Below, one piece after another: positions 18,089 to 26,929 of a stretch of 64,000 bases of DNA. The DNA is from an uncultured Collinsella sp. Lineage in GTDB: Bacteria > Actinomycetota > Coriobacteriia > Coriobacteriales > Coriobacteriaceae. The stretch's first letter is position 1; every line of letters starts with the position of its first letter. The notes beneath the pieces are model-generated. The model was not told the origin of the DNA. It worked only from the letters and a program-made list of their open reading frames with translations, and searched no databases. The DNA lies in assembly GCA_900541025.1 (NCBI GenBank), contig UQIL01000006.1:31519-95518 (forward strand). Reading direction: 5' to 3'. A program made the position numbers and the translations under genes.

Positions 18089-18785
18089 CGAAAACAAGGG
18101 CATTCACCCCACGGGGGTATCGTCGCGCGTGTGGATTGCGCTGGTCGCTCTGTGCGTCGCCAATGTCGTAGCGCACCTCATGGTGATGCCGAGCTTGCCT
18201 GCGCAGATTCCCACGCACTGGGGCGCGAACGGCGCCGTCGACGGTTGGGGTCCCAGCTGGATGGCCTCCGCGCTCGGCGTGCTGCCTCTGGCGCTTCTCG
18301 CAATGTTCTGCGTGGTGCCGCGCATCGACCCCAAAGGTGAGGCATATCGAACCTCGGGCAAGTTCTACCAGGGCTTCGTAATCTCCTTCACCTTGTTCAT
18401 GTGCGCCATAAGCTGGCTGGGAGAGCTTACGGTCTGGGGCGTGGTGCCGGCGGTCGGTTCGGTTAACGTGCTGATTTCCGGTGTTGTCGGTTTGCTGTTC
18501 ATCGGCGTAGGCAACTACTTGCCGCGTGTGAAGCAGAACTATACGCTCGGTATCAAGACACCCTGGGCGCTTGCCGATCCCGAGAACTGGCGCCGTACGC
18601 AGCGTTTTGGCGGCGCCTGCTTTATGGTGCTGGGTATTGGCCTGATTGTGATGGGCGTGGCAGGCAGCGTGCTTTCGAGTGAAGTCGTCGCCGCGGTGAT
18701 TGCGGCTCTGGCGTTTGGTTCGGTTGGAGCCGTCTACGTCTACTCGTATCTGTTGTGGCGCAAATCGCAGCGAGCCGCTCGTTAA
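18081..18785 (+). CDS. SdpI-family membrane protein (DUF1648 + SdpI)
   Basis: Polytopic membrane protein with an N-terminal P.HWG motif (PTHWGANG). It overlaps the arsR stop by 8 nt. Confidence 0.8.
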   Translation: MNNENKGIHPTGVSSRVWIALVALCVANVVAHLMVMPSLPAQIPTHWGANGAVDGWGPSWMASALGVLPLALLAMFCVVPRIDPKGEAYRTSGKFYQGFVISFTLFMCAISWLGELTVWGVVPAVGSVNVLISGVVGLLFIGVGNYLPRVKQNYTLGIKTPWALADPENWRRTQRFGGACFMVLGIGLIVMGVAGSVLSSEVVAAVIAALAFGSVGAVYVYSYLLWRKSQRAAR

Positions 18786-18851
18786 GGTTGCGGAAAACTA
18801 GCGTACGCAGTTCATAGTATGTTCCGAGGGACTTTTCCCAGGTAGTATTAG

Positions 18852-18878
18852 GGGGTATGGGCAACCATGCCCCTTTTT
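18852..18878 (+). terminator. rho-independent terminator
   Basis: GGGGTATGG-GCAA-CCATGCCCC followed by TTTTT. Confidence 0.7.
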
Positions 18879-18969
18879 CGTTAAGTTTCAGAGCTGGTTT
18901 TTTCATTTCGTTTCCACTAAAGCGAAACAAGAATAGGGAAACAGCAGGTAGAAAGGATAGAACAGGCAT

Positions 18970-20649
18970 ATGGCGGAGTTTATCTACCAGATGTATCAGG
19001 CTCGCAAGGCCCATGGCGACAAGGTAATCCTTGACGACGTGACCCTGAGCTTCTACCCCGGTGCCAAGATCGGCGTCGTGGGCCCCAACGGCATGGGTAA
19101 GTCGACCTTGCTTAAGATCATGGCCGGTATTGAGGAGGTCTCCAACGGCGATGCCAGGCTCACCCCCGGCTACACCGTGGGCATCCTGCAGCAGGAGCCG
19201 CCGCTCGATGACGACAAGACCGTCATCGAGAACGTGCGCATGGCGTTTGGCGACATGATCGCCAAGGTCGATCGCTTCAACAAGATCGGCGAGGAGATGT
19301 GCGACCCGGATTGCGACATGGACGCCCTCATGGCCGAGATGGGAAAGCTCCAGGACGAGATCGACGCCGCCGACGGCTGGGATATCGATTCCAAGCTCGG
19401 CCAGGCCATGGACGCCTTGCAGCTGCCCGATTCCGACATGCCGGTCAACGTACTTTCCGGCGGCGAGCGCCGTCGCGTGGCCCTGTGCAAGCTGCTGCTC
19501 GAGGCTCCCGACCTGCTGCTGCTCGACGAGCCCACGAACCACCTGGACGCCGAGTCGATCCTGTGGCTCGAACACTTCCTGCACAACTACCAGGGCGCGG
19601 TGCTTGCCGTCACACACGATCGCTACTTCCTGGATAACGTTGCCGAGTGGATCTGCGAGGTCGACCGCGGTCACCTTTATCCCTACAAGGGCAACTACTC
19701 CACGTATCTGGAGACCAAGGCCGCCCGTATCGAGGCGCAGGGCAACCGCGACGCCAAGCTCGCCAAGCGCATGGAGGCCGAGCTCGAGTGGGTACGCAGC
19801 TCGCCCAAGGCTCGCCAGGCAAAGAACAAGGCCCGTCTGGCACGCTACGAGGAGATGGAGGCCGAGGCCCGCGCAAGCCAGAAGCTCGACTGGACCGACA
19901 TTCGCATTCCCGTTGGACCGCGTCTGGGCAACAAAGTGCTCGAGGCCCATCACCTGCACAAGGAGTTCGATGGCCGTGTGCTCATCGACGACCTATCGTT
20001 CACCCTGCCGCGCAACGGCATCGTGGGCGTCATCGGCCCCAACGGTGTGGGCAAGACCACGCTGTTCAAGACTATCGTGGGCCTGGAGCCGCTGACTTCG
20101 GGCGAGCTTGAGGTGGGCGAGACCGTCAAGATCTCCTATGTCGATCAGAACCGTTCCGGCATCGACCCCGATAAGAACCTGTGGGAGGTCGTCTCGGACG
20201 GCCTGGACCACATGATGGTGGGCGAGACCGAGGTCCCCAGCCGCGCGTACGTGGCGAGCTTTGGCTTTAAGGGCCAGGACCAGCAGAAGCGCGCTGGTGT
20301 ACTCTCCGGTGGCGAGCGCAACCGTCTGAACCTGGCGCTCACGCTCAAGCAGGGCGGCAACCTGCTGCTCCTCGACGAGCCCACGAACGACCTCGACGTC
20401 GAGACGCTGTCCTCGCTCGAAGCGGCGCTGCTCGAGTTCCCGGGCTGCTCGGTGGTCATTAGCCACGACCGTATGTTCCTGGACCGCGTCGCCACACACA
20501 TTCTGGCGTGGGAGGGCACCGACGAGAATCCGGGCAGCTGGTATTGGTTCGAGGGCAACTTCGAGGCCTATCAGGCCAATCGCATCGAGCGCCTGGGCGA
20601 GGACGCGGCCCAGCCGCATCGTATCCACCGTAAGCTGACGCGCGACTAG
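18970..20649 (+). CDS. ettA: ABC-F translational throttle ATPase EttA
   Basis: MAEFIYQMYQARKAHGDKVILDDV... N-terminus, two ABC cassettes, 559 aa. Confidence 0.9.
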   Translation: MAEFIYQMYQARKAHGDKVILDDVTLSFYPGAKIGVVGPNGMGKSTLLKIMAGIEEVSNGDARLTPGYTVGILQQEPPLDDDKTVIENVRMAFGDMIAKVDRFNKIGEEMCDPDCDMDALMAEMGKLQDEIDAADGWDIDSKLGQAMDALQLPDSDMPVNVLSGGERRRVALCKLLLEAPDLLLLDEPTNHLDAESILWLEHFLHNYQGAVLAVTHDRYFLDNVAEWICEVDRGHLYPYKGNYSTYLETKAARIEAQGNRDAKLAKRMEAELEWVRSSPKARQAKNKARLARYEEMEAEARASQKLDWTDIRIPVGPRLGNKVLEAHHLHKEFDGRVLIDDLSFTLPRNGIVGVIGPNGVGKTTLFKTIVGLEPLTSGELEVGETVKISYVDQNRSGIDPDKNLWEVVSDGLDHMMVGETEVPSRAYVASFGFKGQDQQKRAGVLSGGERNRLNLALTLKQGGNLLLLDEPTNDLDVETLSSLEAALLEFPGCSVVISHDRMFLDRVATHILAWEGTDENPGSWYWFEGNFEAYQANRIERLGEDAAQPHRIHRKLTRD

Positions 20650-20652
20650 ATC

Positions 20653-20692
20653 GTTACGCGGTTTTCCAAACCGCGTAACTGCTCGACGCTGC
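20653..20692 (+). repeat. REP-like 3-prime element, copy A: 12-bp-stem hairpin plus a conserved 11-mer
   Basis: GTTACGCGGTTT-TCC-AAACCGCGTAAC-TG-CTCGACGCTGC starts 3 nt after the ettA stop and has no U-tract. Copy B is at 31262-31302. Confidence 0.7.
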
Positions 20693-20811
20693 GCGGGTCG
20701 CAAGCACCCCATCTTGCCGTTCAAGCCGTCGTTCGCGTACCGAAGTACGCGTCGCTCCTCTTTCACGGCAACCTGGGGCACTTGCGGCCCGCTCGCTGTT
20801 GGTTACGCAGC

Positions 20812-20859
20812 ATCAACAAATAAAAACGGCTCAAATCCTGATTTGAATTTGAGCCGTTT
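20812..20859 (-). terminator. rho-independent terminator of the 20864-22171 gene
   Basis: AAACGGCTCAAAT...ATTTGAGCCGTTT stem followed (minus sense) by TTTTATTTGTT. Confidence 0.75.
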
Positions 20860-20863
20860 GTCG

Positions 20864-22171
20864 TTACTGCTCGGGTTCTTCGACTTTATCGATGGCCCAG
20901 GTGGATCCGAGGCCGCCGGTGGTGTTGTGGCGGATGCGCACAGTGACTTCGTGGCGCTCGCCGGCCTGCGTGTAGCGCAGGGGGAAGCTTGCGCGGTTTC
21001 GCGCGGCCTCGATGGTACCGCGCTCGCGGGCAATCCAGTAGTACTCGCCGACGATGCCGAGCGTGTCGGCGCCGTAGGGGAGATAGGTCGACAGCTGGTG
21101 CAGAAGCGGGCCGGGGCAGAAGACTTCGGTTGCGAAATCGACGGGGAAGTCCTCGGGGATGGCGGGCGCTGCAGGTGCGGGGGTTGGGGCCGCTGCGGGT
21201 ACCGAAGCCGGTGCCGGTGCGGGAATTCGGTCGCAAGCGGCGGCGGGCACGGATTCGATGACGGGTGCGGGCTCCAGCGTCGCTTCCGGCTTGATCGTGG
21301 AATCTGCGGGCTTCACGGTGACGGGCGCGTCTGCAGCTGCAGTTTCAACCTCAACCTGCGTCGCGTTCTCGTTCTCGACGCTCGACTTTGCCTCGATGGG
21401 CGTGGATGCCATGGTGGTGATGCCGGCGTTTGCGTTCTCGGGGTCATAGACGACCGTGAGCGAGATGGCGGGCTGCGGCGTCTCGGGCTCCGGCGCCGAC
21501 TCGGTAGCGCCTTGATCGTCGGGCTCGTCGGGCTGATCGTCCTCGGTCTCGTCGCCAAAGACATCGCTGTTTTGGAACGCAGGCGTTTCGGGCTGGTCAG
21601 CGGCTTCTTCGGTTGTCGACTTGGGAGCTTCGTTGAGCTCCGCAGTGGCTTCCTGCTCGGATATGACTTCGGGATCGGTCGTGGCGGTGATTTCGGTGTC
21701 GGCTTCTGCCGTTACCTCAATAGAGACTTCGATCTCTGCCTCGGGCTCGGGCTCCGGAGCGACTTCGGCCACGGGCTCGGGCTCGGCGCGCTTAACGTGC
21801 TTGGGGCGCACGGCCTTGAGGTCCTTCTCGCCGCGCTTTTTCTTTTTGTAGGACTGCTTGGCACCCTTGGCAGCCTTGGGCTTGTCCTCGCCCTTGGCAA
21901 GGGCGGCATCCCAGGCCTCGTTGGCGATGAGCGTGGCATACAGGCGACCGCCCTTAAAGACGGTCAGCCTTATGCAGTCGTCGAGCTCCTCGAGCAGCTC
22001 GCGCGTGGACTCGAAGCCCAGGTCATAAGCGGCCATGTCACCAGCAGCGAGCGCCTCCTCGACCTGCGTCATAAACGTTTGCTTGCCGCACCCAATCGCA
22101 TCACGCAGCAGACGATACAGATAGATGTGGTTGCCCAGCGATAGCGTGGGCTTAACTATTGTCTTGCTCAT
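20864..22171 (-). CDS. hypothetical protein: folded N- and C-terminal domains joined by a roughly 230-aa acidic Pro/Glu/Ala/Thr-rich linker
   Basis: ATG 22171 (SD GAGGAG) and its own terminator. The N-terminus is vaguely OST-HTH/LOTUS-like (DLGFESTRELLEEL) and the C-terminus vaguely DUF3825-like. Both assignments are unverified. Confidence 0.65.
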   Translation of the reverse strand: MSKTIVKPTLSLGNHIYLYRLLRDAIGCGKQTFMTQVEEALAAGDMAAYDLGFESTRELLEELDDCIRLTVFKGGRLYATLIANEAWDAALAKGEDKPKAAKGAKQSYKKKKRGEKDLKAVRPKHVKRAEPEPVAEVAPEPEPEAEIEVSIEVTAEADTEITATTDPEVISEQEATAELNEAPKSTTEEAADQPETPAFQNSDVFGDETEDDQPDEPDDQGATESAPEPETPQPAISLTVVYDPENANAGITTMASTPIEAKSSVENENATQVEVETAAADAPVTVKPADSTIKPEATLEPAPVIESVPAAACDRIPAPAPASVPAAAPTPAPAAPAIPEDFPVDFATEVFCPGPLLHQLSTYLPYGADTLGIVGEYYWIARERGTIEAARNRASFPLRYTQAGERHEVTVRIRHNTTGGLGSTWAIDKVEEPEQ

Positions 22172-22238
22172 GGCAAATCTCCTCTTTACACACCAAAGCA
22201 TCTTACCATCGCGCGGGGCTTGCTACCTCGGCGCCCAA

Positions 22239-22275
22239 GGCAAACGGGCGCGACCGTTGCCGGTTCGCGCCCGTT
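22239..22275 (-). terminator. candidate terminator
   Basis: AACGGGCGCGA / TCGCGCCCGTT 11-bp stem followed by a short U run in minus sense. Confidence 0.55.
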
Positions 22276-22309
22276 ATACAGGTCGATTATCTATGAGGGG
22301 CAAACGTGC

Positions 22310-23263
22310 TTAGTTGCCCGATGCCGTGCCTTGGCTCGAGCTGTCAGATGCCGTGCCGGACGCGGTTCCACTCGAGCTGTTCGAGTTGCTGGTGTTGCTG
22401 CTGTCTGCTGAGCCCGTTCCCGACGTGGTGTCGCTCGTCTGGTCGCCCGTGCTCGGTTGAGAGCCGTCAGTCGTTTGGCTTGAGTCGGTTGTGCCGGATT
22501 GCGTACCGTTGTTGTTCACAGAAGAATCGGCGCCCTGCGACTGATCGGGGGTGTTCGAGGACGAGTCGGTGGATGCGGAGGTGCCCTGCGAGTCGTCCTG
22601 CTGGCTTTGCGATTGACCAGTGCTGTCCGCGTCGTGCTCGGTCGTGCGTGACGACAGAATCGGCTCGGGACGCTCGCCCAGACCCTCACCGGCGGTGGTG
22701 ATAAGGATGGCAGCGGTGCAGGCGATAACCGCGACGATGGCGATGGCGATCGAGAAGATGATGACCTTCTTTTGCGTCTGGCTGCGCTCTGCCGCCGCCT
22801 TGGCGCGCAGGCTGTCGGGGGCGACGCGCGCCGTGGTCGCGCGCCCTGCAATCTGGCGCATCTCCTGGGTAGTCGCGGCGCCGCCTAAGTGCTCCTCGGC
22901 ATTTAATTCAACGGGTTCATAGGCGCCGGCGGGGTAGTCGACGGTGGCGTGCGTACCTTTGAGGGCTTCGGCGCTGGCAGAGATAAAGTGGCGGTAGACC
23001 TGCGAGGACACAACGGTGATGACCGAGCTCACAGCGGCACCGATCACCGATCCGGCGATACCGATCTTGGAGGCAAGCGCGACGCTCGTAGCGGCAGCTG
23101 CGGCGCCGGCGATGATCTGGGGAATGGAAATGTCGTCAAACAGGCCCTTTTTGGGCGCGATGGCCATGGTCTGGCCGATGGAATGGTTTTCGTGAACGCC
23201 GTTGTTGAGCGATGCCGGCGTCATGACACGTGTGCGCGGCGCGTCGGTGTACTTGGTTGTCAT
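22310..23263 (-). CDS. hypothetical membrane protein with a Ser/Thr/Gly/Asp/Gln-rich C-terminal tail
   Basis: ATG 23263 (SD GGGAGGA). Hydrophobic segments IIAGAAAAATSVALA..., VIIFSIAIAIVAVIACTAAILI, then a low-complexity tail of about 100 aa. Confidence 0.65.
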   Translation of the reverse strand: MTTKYTDAPRTRVMTPASLNNGVHENHSIGQTMAIAPKKGLFDDISIPQIIAGAAAAATSVALASKIGIAGSVIGAAVSSVITVVSSQVYRHFISASAEALKGTHATVDYPAGAYEPVELNAEEHLGGAATTQEMRQIAGRATTARVAPDSLRAKAAAERSQTQKKVIIFSIAIAIVAVIACTAAILITTAGEGLGERPEPILSSRTTEHDADSTGQSQSQQDDSQGTSASTDSSSNTPDQSQGADSSVNNNGTQSGTTDSSQTTDGSQPSTGDQTSDTTSGTGSADSSNTSNSNSSSGTASGTASDSSSQGTASGN

Positions 23264-23466
23264 ACGGGGTCCTCCCGGTGTAAATCTGCTTCGTTTCGTG
23301 TAGCCATCAGGGTACCCACCAGATGTGAATCGTACGTGACATTTAACAGATACCATCAACTCATCAATAGCTCACCAAGTTGGTGGGATGCGGTTCCACC
23401 CGGCGGTTGAACTACAATAGGGCTTGCTAATTGTGTTGAATGGCGTCTACGCACGGGAGCATTCTT

Positions 23467-25446
23467 ATGAATCTTCACCTTTCTCAGTCTGATGGCTTTT
23501 TGCGTGTGGCGGCGGCGTCGCCGCAGATTCGTGTGGCCGATGTCGAGGGCAATGCCGAGGTTGCGCTGGCGGCTGTTCGCGAGGCTGCCGAGCGCGGCGT
23601 TCGCGCGCTGGTGCTGCCCGAGCTTAACTTGTGCGGCTATACCGCGGCCGATCTGTTCCATAACCGCACGCTGCTGCATGCCTGCGAGGCAGCGCTGGTG
23701 CATATCCTCGATGAAACTCGTGAGTTGCCGATTGTCTTTACCATCGGTCTTCCCGTTGCAGTTGCCGAGAATATCTACAACTGTGCCGCCGTGTGCTGTG
23801 CGGGCGAGCTTTTGGGCCTGACGGCCAAGAAGTATCTGCCCAACTATGGTGAGTTCTATGAGCGCCGCTGGTTTGCTCCGGCGCCTGCGGATCCCGTGTG
23901 GGTCGAGTTTGCCGGTCAGGGTCCGGTTCCGCTGGGTTCGGGGCTTGTCTACCGCTGCTGTGATGAGGGTGCCGAGGACCTGGTGCTGGGCGTTGAGGTC
24001 TGCGAGGACCTGTGGGTGCCGGCGCCCCCTTCGACCGAGATGGCGCTTGCCGGTGCGACGGTGATTCTCAACCCGTCGGCCTCGGACGAGATTATCGGTA
24101 AGGCAGATTACCGCCGCAGCCTTATCTCTAACCAAAGCGCGCGCCTGTATTGCGCCTATGCCTACGCGGACGCGAGCGAGGGCGAATCCACGACCGATAT
24201 GGTCTTTGCGGGCGAGAACCTTATCTACGAAAACGGCTCCAAGCTCGCCGCGACCAAACTGCTTACCTGCGATATGGCCATCGCCGACGTTGACCTTGAC
24301 CGCCTGGTTGCCGAACGCCGTCGCTCGACGACGTGGACGCGTACCGACGATGCTCCGGAGGCCACGACCGTTGAGTTTTCGTTTGAGGGCGTGCTGGCCG
24401 AAGAACCTGTCCTGCGCGATGCCTGCGACATCGACCGTGTCTTCCCGCGCGCGCCCTTTGTGCCGGCCGACCACGGCGACTTGGCCGAGCGCTGCGAGAC
24501 GATCCTTGATCTACAGACTGCGGGCCTCAAGACCCGCCTCGCCCACACAGGTACCAAGGCTGCGGTCATCGGCCTTTCGGGCGGCTTGGACTCCACGCTA
24601 GCGCTGCTTGTGACCGTGCGTGCCTTCGATGCGCTGGGGCTGCCGCGCACGGGTATCACGGCGGTTTCCATGCCCGGTTTTGGCACGACGCACCGCACTA
24701 AGTCCAATGCCGAGTCGCTCGCTCGTGACTTGGGTGTGAGCTTCCGCGAGGTCTCAATCCATGCTGCCGTGGAACAGCACTTTAAGGATATCGAGCATGA
24801 TCCGGCCGTGCAGGACGTGACCTACGAGAACAGCCAGGCCCGCGAGCGTACGCAGATCCTGATGGATCTGGCCAACCAGGCTGGCGGTTTTGTCATTGGC
24901 ACGGGCGACCTGTCGGAGCTGGCGCTCGGCTGGGCTACCTATAACGGCGACCACATGAGCATGTACGCCGTCAACGCGAGCGTGCCCAAGACGCTTGTGC
25001 GCCATCTGGTGCGCTATGCCGCCGATGTCTTTGGCGGGCGTATTGCCGAGGTCTTGCTCGATATCCTCGATACGCCGGTGTCCCCCGAGCTTCTGCCGCC
25101 CACGGGCGACGGCGAGATTGCGCAGAAGACCGAGGATTTGGTGGGCCCGTACGAGCTGCATGACTACTTCCTCTACTACCTGCTGCGTTTTGGCTTTGAG
25201 CCGGGCAAGATCTACCGCATGGCGCTCAAGAGCTTCGAGGGCGTCTACGACGCTAAGACCGTCCACACGTGGCTACGTACGTTCTACCGTCGCTTCTTTG
25301 CCCAGCAGTTTAAGCGCAGCTGCCTGCCCGATGGTCCCAAGGTGGGCTCGGTGACGCTCAGCCCGCGCGGCGATTGGCGTATGCCGAGTGACGCTAGCTC
25401 GCGTCTGTGGCTTGCGCAGATCGACGCGCTCAATCCAGTTGACTAA
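23467..25446 (+). CDS. nadE: glutamine-dependent NAD+ synthetase (nitrilase domain + NAD synthase domain)
   Basis: C-N hydrolase N-terminal half and an SGGLDS PP-loop in the C-terminal half. Start 23467 (SD GGGAG) or 23440. Confidence 0.9.
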   Translation: MNLHLSQSDGFLRVAAASPQIRVADVEGNAEVALAAVREAAERGVRALVLPELNLCGYTAADLFHNRTLLHACEAALVHILDETRELPIVFTIGLPVAVAENIYNCAAVCCAGELLGLTAKKYLPNYGEFYERRWFAPAPADPVWVEFAGQGPVPLGSGLVYRCCDEGAEDLVLGVEVCEDLWVPAPPSTEMALAGATVILNPSASDEIIGKADYRRSLISNQSARLYCAYAYADASEGESTTDMVFAGENLIYENGSKLAATKLLTCDMAIADVDLDRLVAERRRSTTWTRTDDAPEATTVEFSFEGVLAEEPVLRDACDIDRVFPRAPFVPADHGDLAERCETILDLQTAGLKTRLAHTGTKAAVIGLSGGLDSTLALLVTVRAFDALGLPRTGITAVSMPGFGTTHRTKSNAESLARDLGVSFREVSIHAAVEQHFKDIEHDPAVQDVTYENSQARERTQILMDLANQAGGFVIGTGDLSELALGWATYNGDHMSMYAVNASVPKTLVRHLVRYAADVFGGRIAEVLLDILDTPVSPELLPPTGDGEIAQKTEDLVGPYELHDYFLYYLLRFGFEPGKIYRMALKSFEGVYDAKTVHTWLRTFYRRFFAQQFKRSCLPDGPKVGSVTLSPRGDWRMPSDASSRLWLAQIDALNPVD

Positions 25447-25514
25447 GGTTGGCTAAATTGAACCAATACGGGGGTTGCAAGCGTTACACTTTTGCAATCT
25501 GATGGCCCGTATCG

Positions 25515-25546
25515 CGCGGCGCTCTTGTCGGAGCGCCGCGTTTTTT
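25515..25546 (+). terminator. rho-independent terminator
   Basis: CGCGGCGCTC-TTGTCG-GAGCGCCGCG followed by TTTTTT. Confidence 0.8.
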
Positions 25547-25564
25547 ATATCGAAAGGTGGCACC

Positions 25565-26728
25565 ATGCAGGCATCTCAGCGTCTCGACCGCTTTGGCGCG
25601 GAGGTCTTCGCCTCGCTCAACAACAAGCTTCTCGCGCTGAAGGCTCAGGGCAAGACCATTTACAACATGAGCGTGGGCACGCCCGACTTTAAGCCGTACG
25701 ACCACGTGGTCGAGGCGCTCACGCAGGCAGCCCAAGATCCCGAGATGTGGAAGTATGCCCTGCGCGACCTGCCCGAACTCAAGCAAGCCGTGTGCGATTA
25801 CTATGAGCGTCGCTTTGGCGTTTCGGGCATTACGCCGTCTATGGTGCAGTCGTGCAACGGCACGCAGGAGGGCGTGGGCCATTTGGGCCTGGCCCTGCTC
25901 GATCCGGGTGACACCATTCTGGTTCCCGATCCGTGCTACCCGGTCTTTGAGGCGGGTGCCAAGATTGCCGATGCCAAGCTCGAGTACTATCCGTTGGTTG
26001 CCGAGCATAATTACCTGCCCTATGTGGCGGGTATCGATTCCGAGGTGGCCGATCGTGCCAAGTATATGATCGTGTCGCTGCCCGCGAACCCGGTCGGCTC
26101 GGTGGGCACGCCCGAGGTCTACGAGGAGATTATCGCCTTTGCCCGCGAGCATGATCTGCTCATCGTCCATGACAACGCATACTCCGACATCGTGTTCGAC
26201 GGCGAGCCGGGCGGCAGCTTCTTGCAGTATCCCGGTGCGCTTGAGGTGGGCGTGGAGTTCTTCTCGCTTTCCAAGTCGTTTAACGTCACCGGTGCCCGCA
26301 TCGGCTTTTTGGTCGGTCGCGAGGATGTGGTCTCTGCCTTTGCCAAGCTGCGCAGCCAGATCGACTTTGGTATGTTCTTCCCGATTCAGAAGGCCGCCAT
26401 CGCGTGCCTTAATGGCCCGCGCGATGAGGTCGAGGCGCAGCGTCTGAAGTACCAGGAACGCCGCGATGCCCTGTGCGACGGTCTTGAGGACCTGGGCTGG
26501 GAGCGTCCCAACGCGCATGGCTCTATGTTTGTGTGGGCCAAGCTTCCCGGTGGTCGCACCGATTCCATGGCGTTTTGCGAGGAGCTTATGGAGAAGGCCG
26601 GCGTTGTGGTGACGCCGGGCGCGAGCTTTGGCCCTTCGGGCGAGGGGCACGTGCGTATGGCACTGGTCCTGCCGCCCGATCAGATCGCTTTGGCTGTCGA
26701 GGCCATTCGCGAGGCGGGCCTGTATTAG
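25565..26728 (+). CDS. class I/II PLP-dependent aminotransferase
   Basis: SLSKSFNVTGARIG Lys motif, about 387 aa. ATG 25565. Confidence 0.85.
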   Translation: MQASQRLDRFGAEVFASLNNKLLALKAQGKTIYNMSVGTPDFKPYDHVVEALTQAAQDPEMWKYALRDLPELKQAVCDYYERRFGVSGITPSMVQSCNGTQEGVGHLGLALLDPGDTILVPDPCYPVFEAGAKIADAKLEYYPLVAEHNYLPYVAGIDSEVADRAKYMIVSLPANPVGSVGTPEVYEEIIAFAREHDLLIVHDNAYSDIVFDGEPGGSFLQYPGALEVGVEFFSLSKSFNVTGARIGFLVGREDVVSAFAKLRSQIDFGMFFPIQKAAIACLNGPRDEVEAQRLKYQERRDALCDGLEDLGWERPNAHGSMFVWAKLPGGRTDSMAFCEELMEKAGVVVTPGASFGPSGEGHVRMALVLPPDQIALAVEAIREAGLY

Positions 26729-26929
26729 AAACCTATTTCGACTCGTCAATAGCTCGAAACCGATTTCGTGCAGTTATTTTACGAATTCTGCAAACAATTT
26801 CGGTAAACGGTCGATTTTTGGCTGCGAATAGGAGCATAATCAAAGTCCCGATTGGATGTATTGGGATTACGGCAAGCCGCTCGGGTCGTTCCCGGGCGGC
26901 TTGTTTGTGGAGAGAGATGGGAGTTTCTA

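Noticed and set aside
18622-19959. 445-aa minus-strand ORF opposite ettA, plus similar antisense ORFs at 23356-24474, 25484-26749, 45482-46990, 48958-50409, 56775-58055, 58162-59349, 61086-62420 and 31310-32356
   Set aside because: All lie antisense to genes with unambiguous family motifs. They are compositional artefacts of high GC.
20714-22144. 476-aa plus-strand ORF (Gly/Arg/Cys-rich)
   Set aside because: The opposite strand has an SD, a terminator and plausible folded terminal domains. This frame is repetitive GGR/CRC junk.
26729-26929. Rex (redox) operator upstream of ldh
   Set aside because: No TGTGA-N6-TCACA-like site was seen. There are only ATTTCG repeats and a hairpin (AAGCCGCTCGGG...CCCGGGCGGCTT, about 26874-26905) of unclear role.
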